Assembly (NCBI GenBank): GCA_045804965.1
Contig: JBJMMD010000016.1
Coordinates: 293,642-357,641 of the forward strand
From: Thermomicrobiales bacterium
GTDB taxonomy: Bacteria; Chloroflexota; Chloroflexia; Thermomicrobiales; UBA6265
Direction of reading: 5' to 3'
DNA: 64,000 bases
Shown here: one piece after another, positions 1 through 8,814 of the stretch
How the letters are laid out: the number at the start of each line of letters is the position of its first letter
Numbering within the stretch: position 1 is the first letter of the stretch
The notes under the pieces: model-generated
What the model saw: only the letters and a program-made list of their open reading frames with translations
What the model was told of the DNA's origin: nothing
Databases searched by the model: none
Made by a program: the position numbers and the translations under genes

Positions 1-1
1 C

Positions 2-181
2 GAAGGGGCAACAGGGTCCTCGGGAGAGCTCTTTTTCCACCACTCGGCGGTTGCGGATGGCGGTTTCGACCAGTTGCGAGAAGGTCAACGGGTGAGCTTC
101 GACGAGGAGCCAGATCCTCGCGATAGCAGCCGCCGTCGCGCCGTCAATGTCAAGCCCGCTGCTGAAGGCGAAGAAGAGTAG
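2..181 (+). CDS. cold-shock (CspA-like) domain protein, C-terminal fragment; 5-prime end outside the window
   Basis: Frame +2 reads ..GELFFHHSAVADGGFDQLREGQRVSFDEEPDP..AVNVKPAAEGEEE, then TAG at 179-181. This fits the CspA pattern DVFVHFSAI..G(F/Y)..L.EGQ.V.F. It is absent from the ORF track because it has no start in the window. Confidence 0.6.
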   Translation, partial: EGATGSSGELFFHHSAVADGGFDQLREGQRVSFDEEPDPRDSSRRRAVNVKPAAEGEEE

Positions 182-211
182 CCCTCAAGATAGGCAATCT
201 GTCCGACTCAT

Positions 212-243
212 GCCCTCTCCTGCGCTTGCGCGCAGGAGAGGGC
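212..243. repeat. GC-rich perfect hairpin (14-bp stem, 4-nt loop), related to repeat family B
   Basis: gccctctcctgcgc ttgc gcgcaggagagggc. It has the same ccctctcc..ggagaggg hairpin theme as the elements at 4452-4607 and 48152-48279. Confidence 0.7.
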
Positions 244-381
244 GACCCCTTAAGGCCAGGCAAGTAGTCTTCCAGACCTTAGGTTAATCTCCACTCATGA
301 TCCAAATCGGATGCATCCCCTCGCCGATCTTCTTCGGCGTGCCGCCCGCGGGTATCCGCACGCGGCGAGGATCCTGGAGAA

Positions 382-1581
382 CTACCTACTTGATCGGTCC
401 TCGCTAAGCGCGACCGCCAGAGCTGAAATTAATTCGTCAACTTGTTCTTCTTGCCAAACCAGCGGCGGGAGCAAGCGGAGAGCCAGGTTCCCCGCCGGCA
501 ATGCGAGGACGCCGTTTTCTTGCAGGCCCCGCAGTGTTGGCGTCACGCGCTCTTTGAGCTCAATCCCGATCATCAAGCCCCGGCCGCGAACTTGACGGAC
601 CTTTTGGCTGTTGAGGGTTTCAATCCGGCCGATGATCTGGGCCCCGAGTACCTCTGATCGCGTGCAAAGATTGCGCTCTCGGAGCGCGGTCAGCGTTGTT
701 ACAGCCGCCCGGCAGGCGAGCGGATTGCCGCCGAAGGTCGTGCCGTGCGCGCCGCTCGGCATGGCACTGCTGACGGCGTCTGTGACGAGGGTGAGACCGA
801 TGGGGAATCCGTTCGCCAGCGCCTTGGCTGTGGCCAGGATATCGGGCGTGACGCCGGAGCGGGAGATCGCGAATGGGACGCCGGTCCTGAATGCCGTTTG
901 AACTTCGTCGGCAATCAAGAGCGCGCCGTGGCGCGTTGTCAGATCGCGGGCGGCCTGAAGGTAGGCGTCGTCGGCCGGATAGATGCCCGCTTCGCCCTGG
1001 ATCGGCTCGATGATGACGGCGGCGGTTTCGCCGTCGACCGCCGCTTCGAGCGCCGCGACATCGTTGAAGGCAACATGCGTGGCCGGCAATGGCAGAGGCT
1101 CGAACGGCGTCCGGTATTTCGGGTCGGCGGTCGCGGAGAGTGCGCCGAGGGTTCGGCCGTGGTAGGCGCGGCGGGCGGCGACAATGTTGGGCCGACCGGT
1201 AGCCGCGCGGGCGAACTTGAGCGCGGCTTCGATCGCTTCCGCGCCCGAGTTGCTCAGGAACGCGCGCGGCAATCCAGCGGGCGCGATCTTGGCGATTTCG
1301 GCCAGCAGCTCGGCCCGCACGTCGCTGTAGAAGCTCTGGTGGCAGGTTGATAGCGTCGCGAGCTGTTCGGCGAGGGCAGCAGTAAACTCTGGGTCGGCAT
1401 GACCGAGAACCGCAACCCCGTAATTGCTCATCGCGTCGAGGTAGCGGCGGCCCTCGCTGTCAAACAGGTAGGGACCTTCGCCGCGGAGCAGGGCGATTTC
1501 CCGCTTGGCGTAGAGCGGGAGTTGATGATCGTGCTCGATCCGCTGAATCTCGTCGAGCGCCATCGTGGCGGTCGTGGTCAT
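382..1581 (-). CDS. lysJ: class-III PLP aminotransferase, [LysW]-aminoadipate semialdehyde / acetylornithine aminotransferase type
   Basis: 399-aa ORF with SNSGAEAIEAALKFAR, LLIADEVQTAF and TTFGGNPLA motifs. It is the last gene of the LysW operon. Its ATG overlaps the stop of the upstream gene (ATGA at 1578-1581). Confidence 0.85.
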   Translation of the reverse strand: MTTTATMALDEIQRIEHDHQLPLYAKREIALLRGEGPYLFDSEGRRYLDAMSNYGVAVLGHADPEFTAALAEQLATLSTCHQSFYSDVRAELLAEIAKIAPAGLPRAFLSNSGAEAIEAALKFARAATGRPNIVAARRAYHGRTLGALSATADPKYRTPFEPLPLPATHVAFNDVAALEAAVDGETAAVIIEPIQGEAGIYPADDAYLQAARDLTTRHGALLIADEVQTAFRTGVPFAISRSGVTPDILATAKALANGFPIGLTLVTDAVSSAMPSGAHGTTFGGNPLACRAAVTTLTALRERNLCTRSEVLGAQIIGRIETLNSQKVRQVRGRGLMIGIELKERVTPTLRGLQENGVLALPAGNLALRLLPPLVWQEEQVDELISALAVALSEDRSSR

Positions 1582-2108
1582 ATGGACTCCTTGGTCATGA
1601 GCGGTCGGATAATCTGTTCAATCCAATCTTGGATCGGCTCACCCGAGTGATATATCACTTCACCTTCATCGGCTGACGGAGGTTGCATCTCGCCAGAAAC
1701 CAGGGCGAAATCCTCGTCTCGCACGTGCGGCCGCGCGTTCGTCGTTCGGTTTTCGTCGCGCCGTTGCTTGGCCTCTGCCTCCGAGACGTCGACATAGACG
1801 ATCGTCGCCGGCACGCCCTGTCGGGCCGCGATCCGCGTCAAGCGCTGGCGGTGAATCTTCCGATAGCTCGTCGCGTCGAACACGGCTGAGTTTCCCGCCG
1901 CCAACACCTCGTCCAGTTTCTGAAATGACGCGCGATACGCCTCGATCCAGTCTTCGCGAGTGGGTGCCTCTGCATTCAAATCCAATCCGCGCTCGCCATG
2001 GACCGAATCGAGCTCAACATGCGCGAGATCAAGCTGTTCCGCCATCGCCTTCGCCAGCGTCGATTTACCGGAGAACGGCAGACCGCAAAGGATGAAGAGC
2101 CGTTGCAC
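1578..2108 (-). CDS. P-loop ATPase/kinase-like protein (AAA_33-like)
   Basis: Walker A motif GLPFSGKST. I chose GTG at 2108 because the ORF-track N-terminus (to 2213) runs into the palindromic repeat at 2148-2277. It is translationally coupled to lysJ. Confidence 0.65.
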   Translation of the reverse strand: MQRLFILCGLPFSGKSTLAKAMAEQLDLAHVELDSVHGERGLDLNAEAPTREDWIEAYRASFQKLDEVLAAGNSAVFDATSYRKIHRQRLTRIAARQGVPATIVYVDVSEAEAKQRRDENRTTNARPHVRDEDFALVSGEMQPPSADEGEVIYHSGEPIQDWIEQIIRPLMTKESI

Positions 2109-2147
2109 GCAATGAAATTCCTGTCCATATTCGCCCGGGGCTGAAAT

Positions 2148-2277
2148 CACCCAGAGGGTACCCGGGGCTACAAATGACGAAGCCCTTCCAGGGCTGAACA
2201 CGACGCTTTCCACACGGGCCGTCGTCAGCCGGTCTTGAGCCGGCTTCGTAGGTTGAGCCCCGGGTACCCTTCGGGTG
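2148..2277. repeat. 130-bp palindromic MITE/REP-like element (family C)
   Basis: The 21-bp terminal arms cacccagagggtacccggggc (2148-2168) and gccccgggtacccttcgggtg (2257-2277) are inverted repeats with 2 mismatches. Internal segments also pair (acgaagcc/ggcttcgt, ggctga..cgacg/cgtcgtcagcc). Confidence 0.75.
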
Positions 2278-2329
2278 CTTGAGGCCCGCGCACGCGGCCC
2301 AGGCGCTCAGGCTCTATGCGTTTCCGCGT

Positions 2330-3157
2330 CTACTCTCTTTGGGCCACTACTGCCCGCCGCACGACTGTCCCCTCGCCCGCCAGCGCTCTTTGCACCGGAT
2401 GTTCAACCCGCGCGTCCGCAAATTGGACGCGCTCGACACCGCGCTCGACCGCGCCGACCGCGGCTTCGACTTTGACTTTCATGCGGCCGGCCGCGGCTGC
2501 GAGCGCCGTATGCGGCGAAGCGGCATCGATTTCGTGAATCAGCGTCGATTCATCCACTTTGTCGGCGAGGAGACCTGGCGTGTCGGAGAAGAAGATGAGC
2601 GTCTCGGCCCCGAGCGCGATTGCCAATTCGAGCGCCAATTTGTCGCCGTCGACGTTGATGGGAATCCCGCCCTCACTCAGTGCCGGAGGGGTCAATACCG
2701 GCAGGTAGCCGCCGTCGAGCACGAGCCGAACCAGGCGGGTATCGATCGCTTCCAAGGTACCGGCGTGATCGTCGCGGAGCACTTTCGGTTTGCCGTCTTC
2801 CGCGCCACGAATGACGGCCTTGCGGCGGCCGAAGGCAATGCGACCGTCGAGACCGGCCAGGCCGACGGCATTGACACCGGCCGCTTGCAGCTTGCCGACG
2901 AAGGTCTTGTTGACCTTGCCGCAGTAAGCCATCAACATAGCATCCATCGTTTCGCGATCGGTGTAGCGGGTGACGCGCCCCTTGTCATTCGTGATCATCC
3001 GCGGCGGCATCCCGAGCGCGGCGCTGAGGCGACTGAACTCAGTGTTGCCGCCGTGGACGAGCACGATCGGTTCGCTGATGGCCGCCAGGTCGGCCGCGAA
3101 CCGTTCATAGACGGTCTCATCGATTGCGGCTCCGCCGCCGATCTTGAGCACGAGCAT
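2330..3157 (-). CDS. lysZ: amino-acid kinase family: [LysW]-aminoadipate kinase / acetylglutamate kinase
   Basis: MLVLKIGGG.., VLVHGGN and INVDGDKLA motifs. ATG at 3157 is preceded by GGAGAAGGAAA. The ORF-track extension to 3292 covers an inverted repeat. Confidence 0.85.
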   Translation of the reverse strand: MLVLKIGGGAAIDETVYERFAADLAAISEPIVLVHGGNTEFSRLSAALGMPPRMITNDKGRVTRYTDRETMDAMLMAYCGKVNKTFVGKLQAAGVNAVGLAGLDGRIAFGRRKAVIRGAEDGKPKVLRDDHAGTLEAIDTRLVRLVLDGGYLPVLTPPALSEGGIPINVDGDKLALELAIALGAETLIFFSDTPGLLADKVDESTLIHEIDAASPHTALAAAAGRMKVKVEAAVGAVERGVERVQFADARVEHPVQRALAGEGTVVRRAVVAQRE

Positions 3158-3247
3158 CGAGTAAGTTTCCTTCTCCTTGTCATTCCGAAGGTCTTCCACC
3201 GTCGTCCTGAGCGCAGATCCCCCATCAATCCGTGCGTATACCCCCTC

Positions 3248-3330
3248 GTCATGCCGAGCGAAGTCGAGGAATCTAGTCGTTTTTAAGGCCAAAGAAGAAC
3301 ACTAGATGCCTCGACATCGCTCGGCATGAC
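3248..3330. repeat. inverted-repeat element, family A (30-bp arms, 23-nt spacer)
   Basis: gtcatgccgagcgaagtcgaggaatctagt (3248-3277) versus the reverse complement of actagatgcctcgacatcgctcggcatgac (3301-3330): 28 of 30 positions match. It lies between lysY and lysZ. Confidence 0.8.
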
Positions 3331-3354
3331 GAAGACGGTCAAAGTCGAACCTGA

Positions 3355-4401
3355 TCAAATAGGATGCAATCCCGCGAAATCGATACCGCACGTTTCTTCG
3401 TAGCCGCAGCGGATGTTGAACGCCTGCACCGCTTGACCCGCCGCGCCTTTCATCAGGTTGTCGAGAGCCGCGATCACGACGACGCGATGGGAATGCGGAT
3501 CGCGCTCGAAGCCGACATCGCAATAATTGCTGCCCGAGAGGATCTTTGGTTCCGGATAGCGATGAATTCCCGACGACTCCTTGACGATCCGCATGAACGG
3601 CTCGTCCTTGTACGCCGCGCGGTAGATCAGCCAGAGGTCTTTCTCGGTCAGCGGCTCGCTCAGGAAGACGTGCGATGTGGCGACGATCCCTCGCACCGCT
3701 TCGATCGATGTCGCCGTAAACGCGATTTCCGGCTTGACGCCGTTGAAGGTCAACTCCTGGATGATCTCGGCGCTGTGCCGGTGGCCGGTCGGCTTAAACG
3801 AGCGAATCACGCCGCTGCGCTCAGGGTGATGGGAAGCCAAGCCCGGTCCGCCGCCTGAACCGGACGACCCCGTCTTCGCCTCGATCGTCGTTGGAATCCG
3901 GCGATCGACCACGCCCGCCCGGTAGAGCGGATAGAGCCCGAGGATCGATGTCGTGGCCATGCAACCGGCGCTCGAGATCAGGTCGGCGGAGCGGATCTCT
4001 TCCCGGTGCAGCTCCGGAATGCCGTAGACGAAGTTGCGGAGTTCACCAGCGAGCGTGTGTTCGTGGCCGTACCATGTCGGATAGGCGTCCGGGTTGTTGA
4101 GGCGGAAGTCGGCGCTGAGGTCGATGATGATTCTCGCCTTTTCCCGGAGCTCGGTCATTTTGTTCATCGACACCCCATGCGGGAGGGCGATGAAGAGGAC
4201 ATCGACCGGCGCCAGCGTTTCGACGCTCGTAAACTTCAGGTCGGTGCGCTTGCGCAGATTTGGGTGGATCGAGCGGACAAATTTACCGGCGCTTCGCTCC
4301 GACGTGACTTGGGTGAGACTCGCGCCAGGATGGTCGAGCAGGAGCCGCACCAACTCCCCTCCCGCGTACCCCGACCCCCCAACGACGGCGACATTGAACA
4401 T
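3355..4401 (-). CDS. lysY: [LysW]-aminoadipyl-phosphate / N-acetyl-gamma-glutamyl-phosphate reductase
   Basis: MFNVAVVGGSGYAGGEL Rossmann N-terminus, SSAGCMATT Cys motif, 348 aa. AAGGAG lies 10 nt upstream of the ATG. Confidence 0.85.
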   Translation of the reverse strand: MFNVAVVGGSGYAGGELVRLLLDHPGASLTQVTSERSAGKFVRSIHPNLRKRTDLKFTSVETLAPVDVLFIALPHGVSMNKMTELREKARIIIDLSADFRLNNPDAYPTWYGHEHTLAGELRNFVYGIPELHREEIRSADLISSAGCMATTSILGLYPLYRAGVVDRRIPTTIEAKTGSSGSGGGPGLASHHPERSGVIRSFKPTGHRHSAEIIQELTFNGVKPEIAFTATSIEAVRGIVATSHVFLSEPLTEKDLWLIYRAAYKDEPFMRIVKESSGIHRYPEPKILSGSNYCDVGFERDPHSHRVVVIAALDNLMKGAAGQAVQAFNIRCGYEETCGIDFAGLHPI

Positions 4402-4451
4402 TGAACCTGAACTCCTTAGTTTTCATCGACCGAGCTGTTGGCCAGCCCGGA

Positions 4452-4607
4452 TATTCCCTCAACCTCTGACCCCTTCTCCCTCGCGAGGGAGAAGGGGCAC
4501 CCTCGTAGCGGCTGGTATAAGACGAGGAGGACTATTCTTTATGCCTCATTAGCCGTCCCTCTCCCTTGCGAGGGAGAGGGTGGCGCGAAGCGCCGAGTGA
4601 GGAAGTT
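4452..4607. repeat. palindromic element, family B (degenerate copy)
   Basis: Hairpins ccccttctccctcgcgagggagaagggg (4470-4497) and ccctctcccttgcgagggagaggg (4557-4580), followed by tggcgcgaagcgccgagtgagg. It is collinear with the element at 48152-48279 and fills the lysX-lysY gap. Confidence 0.7.
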
Positions 4608-4610
4608 CCC

Positions 4611-5507
4611 CTAATCCGCAGCCGCCGCGGCCCCAACCTCGACCCGCCTCTCCCGACCCGCGCGGCCGACTTCGAGCACATAGTCGATGATGCGCGCGGG
4701 AATGTTGACACCGGTCGTGTCGATGCTATTGCGGAACTCCATCGTGTAATTCACTTCGTTGACGAGCAAGCCCCGATCGCTTTCGAGGAGGTCGACCGCG
4801 ACGACTCCGCCCCCAACCGCGCAGGCGGCTGCTCGCGACAACTGGTCGAGTTCGGGCGTGACCGGGCAATTACTGGCCAGTCCACCACGTGCGGTGTTCG
4901 TGATCCAGTGCGGTGAGTCGCGGTAGATCGCGCAGATCGTCTCGTCGCCGACGACGAATGAGCGGATGTCGCGACCTGGCTTGTGGACGTACTCCTGGAT
5001 GTAGAACGCGCCATGGTGGAACGAGCCGAGCGTCACTTTGTGTTCCAAAATCGCCTCCGCGGCGTCCCGGTCATTGACCCGTGAGAGCAGCCGGCCCCAG
5101 GAACCGATGGCTGGCTTCAAGACGACCGGATAACCAATCTCCTCGATTGCCTCCAACGCCGCTTCCGGCGTGAAAGCGATGATCGTGCGCGGGCTAGGCA
5201 CACCGCCGCGGACAAGCGCGGTTGTCGTCAGCAGCTTGTCGCCGCAGGTGTTGGCGACGTCGTAGGTGTTGACCGTCGGCACACCCCAGTCGTTCAACAC
5301 TTTCAGTGAATAGAGCGCGCGCAAATGGTTGATGCAACGTTCGATCACGACGTCGCAGGCGATCGATGGCCGGAGCAGATCGAGCTTCAATGCACGGTCG
5401 TCGAAGCGGACGACGTGCACACCCCTGCGCTCGAACTCGGTCAGGAGCAGCTTTTCTTCGACCCGGACCCGCGAGAGCAGGATGCCGACAGTTACCTGAT
5501 CGTCCAC
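4611..5507 (-). CDS. lysX: RimK/LysX-family ATP-grasp ligase (alpha-aminoadipate--LysW ligase type), paralog 1
   Basis: [25 protein letters not shown] and [15 protein letters not shown] motifs. GTG at 5507 has GGAGG 5 nt upstream. The ORF-track extension to 5657 covers the T-box leader. Confidence 0.8.
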   Translation of the reverse strand: MDDQVTVGILLSRVRVEEKLLLTEFERRGVHVVRFDDRALKLDLLRPSIACDVVIERCINHLRALYSLKVLNDWGVPTVNTYDVANTCGDKLLTTTALVRGGVPSPRTIIAFTPEAALEAIEEIGYPVVLKPAIGSWGRLLSRVNDRDAAEAILEHKVTLGSFHHGAFYIQEYVHKPGRDIRSFVVGDETICAIYRDSPHWITNTARGGLASNCPVTPELDQLSRAAACAVGGGVVAVDLLESDRGLLVNEVNYTMEFRNSIDTTGVNIPARIIDYVLEVGRAGRERRVEVGAAAAAD

Positions 5508-5846
5508 GGATGCCTCCACGTTGCGCCGAGTGGCTGGTGAGCCTGATTCGTCTGTTCGACGCGCTTGCAACAATGCACAAAGCCCCCGTCCAAAGGACGG
5601 AGGGCTTCGCTCCGTGGTACCACCTTTGTTCGCCGGCCCTCGCGGGAACGGCCTCACCGGGCGCCAACACGCCCTGGCTCGGTAACGGGAGCACCCGGCC
5701 GGTTCTAATCCGGTGAGCTACTAGCTCATCGTTTCTTCCGGCGGCTCGGGGGTCTTCTTCAGAATCGGATCTCTCCGCGGACCTTGCACCAATCGTCCGC
5801 TCGCTGGGGCGCTTCCCCGTTCCTAGTCTGTCCCCGTCATTGCCTC
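5508..5846 (-). promoter_or_regulatory. T-box riboswitch leader (candidate Lys specifier AAG at 5754-5756)
   Basis: Read on the minus strand. K-turn GGC-AAU-GA-C-GGGG pairs with CCCC-C-GA-GCC. AG bulge AGCGA is followed by stem GCGGAC/GUCCGC with distal loop GAUUGGUGCAAG. T-box core AAAGGUGGUACCACGG lies at 5612-5627. The antiterminator is CAAAGG[UGGUACC]ACGGAG..CUCCGUCCUUUG. Confidence 0.85.
5568..5604 (-). terminator. intrinsic terminator of the T-box leader
   Basis: CCCUCCGUCC-UUU-GGACGGGGG stem followed by CUUUGUGCAUUGUUG. It competes with the antiterminator because both use the CUCCGUCC segment. Confidence 0.7.
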
Positions 5847-5855
5847 GTTGGTTCG

Positions 5856-5884
5856 ATTATCGCTACCGAGCCGCTCAGACGCAA
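5856..5884 (-). promoter_or_regulatory. candidate sigma70-type promoter for the T-box/lysX unit
   Basis: Minus strand reads TTGCGT (5879-5884), 17 nt, GATAAT (5856-5861). The predicted start falls a few nt before Stem I (about 5844). The -35 overlaps the stop codon of the upstream gene. Confidence 0.4.
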
Positions 5885-6792
5885 GGTGCGGCTGGTTGCA
5901 GATGGTTCACTTCCGCGATGTGCAGTGCCTCGCTCACGATCTCCGCAGCGATATCGATCTCAGTCGTCGACATCAGTCCTTTGAACTCGCCGCCCGTGTT
6001 GACTTCGACGATTTCCAGTCCTTCCTGTGTTTCGACGATGTCGACTCCGGCCAATCGAGCGCCGACCGCGGCGCACGCCCTGAGCGCGATCTCTTCGATC
6101 TCAGGCGTGATTTCGCAGGCGACCGAGATCGCCCCGCGGGCGGCGTTGGTGATCCAATGCTCGGAGGTTCGGTACGACGCCGCGAGCACGCGATCGCCGA
6201 CGACATAGGCGCGGATGTCGCGATCCGGTTTCTGGATGAACTCTTGAACGTAATAGATATGGTGATGAAACGAACCGAGCTCCGCCTTTTGGTCGAGAAT
6301 CGCTTTGGCCTGCTCGGGCCCGTTCGCCTTTGCCAGCAACCTGCCCCAGGACCCAGTCACCGGCTTGAGCACGACTGGATATCCGAGTTGCCCACACGCC
6401 TTCATCGCCGATTCGACCGAGAACGCAAGCAAAGTGCGCGGCGTGGCGATGCCGGCGGCTTCGAGGGCGAGCGAGCAGGCCGCCTTGTCGTCGCACGTCG
6501 TGGTCGCGGCCGAGTGATTGAGCGTGGGCACGCCCCAGCGCTCGATCGTGCGCAAGGTGTACTCCGCGCGGCTGTGGACGACACAGCGGTCGAGGACGAC
6601 GTCGACGCCCAGCCCAGCGGAATCGGCGGACCGAGCCGAGAGATCGAGCACGAGCTCGCGGTCGAAGAGCGGCTTCACTTCGATGCCGCGGTGGCGCGCC
6701 GCGTTCAAAATCAGTTTTTCTTCGTCCCGCAAATGGGAGACAAGAACCCCGAGGCGGACACTTGCCCGGCCGTTGGAGGCGTGGGTGCTCAT
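5875..6792 (-). CDS. RimK/LysX/ArgX-family ATP-grasp ligase, paralog 2
   Basis: [24 protein letters not shown] and GVDIVET..EIVEVN motifs. ATG at 6792 overlaps the lysK stop (ATGA). Whether the substrate is Glu or aminoadipate cannot be told from sequence. Confidence 0.8.
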   Translation of the reverse strand: MSTHASNGRASVRLGVLVSHLRDEEKLILNAARHRGIEVKPLFDRELVLDLSARSADSAGLGVDVVLDRCVVHSRAEYTLRTIERWGVPTLNHSAATTTCDDKAACSLALEAAGIATPRTLLAFSVESAMKACGQLGYPVVLKPVTGSWGRLLAKANGPEQAKAILDQKAELGSFHHHIYYVQEFIQKPDRDIRAYVVGDRVLAASYRTSEHWITNAARGAISVACEITPEIEEIALRACAAVGARLAGVDIVETQEGLEIVEVNTGGEFKGLMSTTEIDIAAEIVSEALHIAEVNHLQPAAPCV

Positions 6793-7871
6793 AGCGCCGC
6801 CAGTACCTCCGTCAACACCCGTACGCCCCTCAGGTATTCGTCGAGCACGATGTGCTCGTCGGGCGTATGGTCGAGCGTCGCATCGCCCGGACCATAGGCG
6901 ACGATAGGGCAGCGCCATACCGGACCCACGACCGTCATGTCGGACGTGCCGAGCTTGACGGTGAATCGCGGCTCGCCGCCGGCGGCGCGAATTGCACGCA
7001 GGAACGGCGGGACAAGCCGCGAACGCTTGTCGGAGCGGTAACCTTCTTGCACACCGTCAAAGGTGAGCACAGCGTCACCCGCCAGCTCTAATATTTCGGA
7101 TTGCAATTCCCGAGTGTCCACATCGGGCGGCAGTCGCAAACCAATCGCCATTCGCGCTTCGTCGTAGAGCCCATCGCTCTCGGTCCACATGCCGCGAACC
7201 GACGGCGTGACGGCGTTGAACAGACCGCTCACGCCTTCGTTTCTGGCGGCGCAGGCAGCGGCGAAGGCGTTCCAAAATGCTATCGCCCGCTCGCCGACCG
7301 ATGCGCCGGGACCAGCCGCGTGGCGGCATGCCTGGCGTAACCTGTAGGCGATCGGCATGGAGCCGCGGTAGCCGAGGCAAACGGCGTCCCAGCCACTCGG
7401 CTCGCCGATGATGCAGAAGTCAGGCGCGGGCCAGGTCGCGACCGCGGACGCCCCGGGCGAATTCAACGATTCCTCGCCGACCGCACCGACGACCGTGACC
7501 GTCGCGTTCAATCGTTCGGCCGCCATCGCCGCGGCCGCGACGAAGGTGGCCAGCGGACCCTTGGCATCGACCGCGCCGCGACCGTGAAGCACGCCGTTTT
7601 CGATCCGGACGGGGATGTTGCCCGGCACGGTGTCGATATGCCCGAGGAGCACGACCGATTTCGGCCCTTCGCCGATTACGCCAACAGCGTTGCCGGCTTC
7701 GTCCCGGTAAGCGCGGAATCCGCGCGCGTCCATGTGCCGGCAGAGGTACGAGACCGCTTCGGCCTCGCCGCCGCTCAGGCTCGGAATGGCAACCATACCG
7801 CGCAAGAGATCGACATGGTCTTGGTCGGTCAACGTGGCGCCGGCGACTTCAAGCGGAGAGAGCGACGTCAT
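6789..7871 (-). CDS. lysK: M20 metallopeptidase, [LysW]-lysine/[LysW]-ornithine hydrolase type
   Basis: [10 protein letters not shown] and [11 protein letters not shown] motifs, about 360 aa. ATG at 7871 has GGGAGG 6 nt upstream. The ORF-track start at 8000 overlaps the upstream gene too far. Confidence 0.8.
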   Translation of the reverse strand: MTSLSPLEVAGATLTDQDHVDLLRGMVAIPSLSGGEAEAVSYLCRHMDARGFRAYRDEAGNAVGVIGEGPKSVVLLGHIDTVPGNIPVRIENGVLHGRGAVDAKGPLATFVAAAAMAAERLNATVTVVGAVGEESLNSPGASAVATWPAPDFCIIGEPSGWDAVCLGYRGSMPIAYRLRQACRHAAGPGASVGERAIAFWNAFAAACAARNEGVSGLFNAVTPSVRGMWTESDGLYDEARMAIGLRLPPDVDTRELQSEILELAGDAVLTFDGVQEGYRSDKRSRLVPPFLRAIRAAGGEPRFTVKLGTSDMTVVGPVWRCPIVAYGPGDATLDHTPDEHIVLDEYLRGVRVLTEVLAAL

Positions 7872-8760
7872 CTGGCACCTCCCGCCCGAGGGCTCCGCCC
7901 TGCCCGTCGTCGAGCAGTTCGACCGCAATCGCGTCAGGTCGCAATGAGCCTGCCCATTCGACGGCCAATTTCGCAATCGCCTCGGCGACCGTCGTCTCAC
8001 CGAGTGCGATGGCGTCCCGGAAATCGGGAATCGGATTGACGTTCCAAACGACGGCTCCGGCGGCCATGTGCGCCACCTCGATCCCGATCAGCGACGCGCC
8101 GAGCGCCTTCGCGGCCAGCTCGGCTAAACCGTAGGCCGCCTTGGGTACATCATGGTCATGGCTGTCGACAGCCACGGCGACTCCATCGACGACGATAACG
8201 GTGACCCGGTCCGAACCGAGCGCGATCCCGGTCTGCACGAGCCCAATCAGATCCGCCTTGGCGCCGAGCACGTGGCGGTGCTCGAACACGGCCTCAGCTG
8301 TGTCTTCATCGATCAGCACGATCTCTTTCGATCCGGGTGCCAGCGGCAAGAACGTCGCCGGATAGCCACAGCGGTCGAGCGCGAGCAAGGCCGCATCTTC
8401 GGCGCAGACCAAATCGGTCAAGGGCCGAGGGATGCCGGCGGCGGCAAGCGCCATCGCGGTCGCGAGGCGGTCAGATATCGCCGCCACGCCGGCGTCGATT
8501 ACGCGGACGCCTTTCGCCCGCCAGACCGGGAGCAGGGCCGCTGCGACAGCGCGGTTCTGGCAACGATCGATCATCACCTCGGCCACAGTGCCGTCGTTCG
8601 CCGGGGCGAAGAACGGCTTCGGCGGGCCCGGACAAATGGGGAGTGGCAAGCTAGTAGGGGCGAGCGGAAGCGCCGGAACGCCGGCGTCCGCCAGCGTCTT
8701 GATCAGCTGCTTCTCTTCGACTCGCACGCGCGTGCAGAGCACGCCTACCTTCGCTATCAC
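7849..8760 (-). CDS. divergent RimK/LysX-like ATP-grasp paralog 3, catalytic motifs apparently degenerate
   Basis: The N-terminus [15 protein letters not shown] parallels Lys[16 protein letters not shown]. However, it has [15 protein letters not shown] in place of [15 protein letters not shown], VVWNVNP in place of LVNEVN, and no HWITN. GTG at 8760 has GAGGAG 6 nt upstream; an alternative ATG is at 8793. Confidence 0.6.
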   Translation of the reverse strand: MIAKVGVLCTRVRVEEKQLIKTLADAGVPALPLAPTSLPLPICPGPPKPFFAPANDGTVAEVMIDRCQNRAVAAALLPVWRAKGVRVIDAGVAAISDRLATAMALAAAGIPRPLTDLVCAEDAALLALDRCGYPATFLPLAPGSKEIVLIDEDTAEAVFEHRHVLGAKADLIGLVQTGIALGSDRVTVIVVDGVAVAVDSHDHDVPKAAYGLAELAAKALGASLIGIEVAHMAAGAVVWNVNPIPDFRDAIALGETTVAEAIAKLAVEWAGSLRPDAIAVELLDDGQGGALGREVPDDVALSA

Positions 8761-8814
8761 CGTTGTCTCCTCAATCCTAACGTTCATCCTCATTCGTTCG
8801 CGTTCGATCGATTC

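Noticed and set aside
2279-3286. Long plus-strand ORFs antisense to the LysW-cluster genes (also 745-1350, 3364-3858, 5848-6897, 8152-8838, 9282-10193, 10130-11401, 11684-12460 and 12524-13243).
   Set aside because: These are typical high-GC shadow ORFs. They are Arg/Pro/Gly-rich with no family motifs, and each lies opposite a gene with clear family signatures.
5846-5862. ggttcgatt, resembling a tRNA T-arm.
   Set aside because: No acceptor, D or anticodon stems can be built around it. It lies in the promoter/leader of the second T-box.
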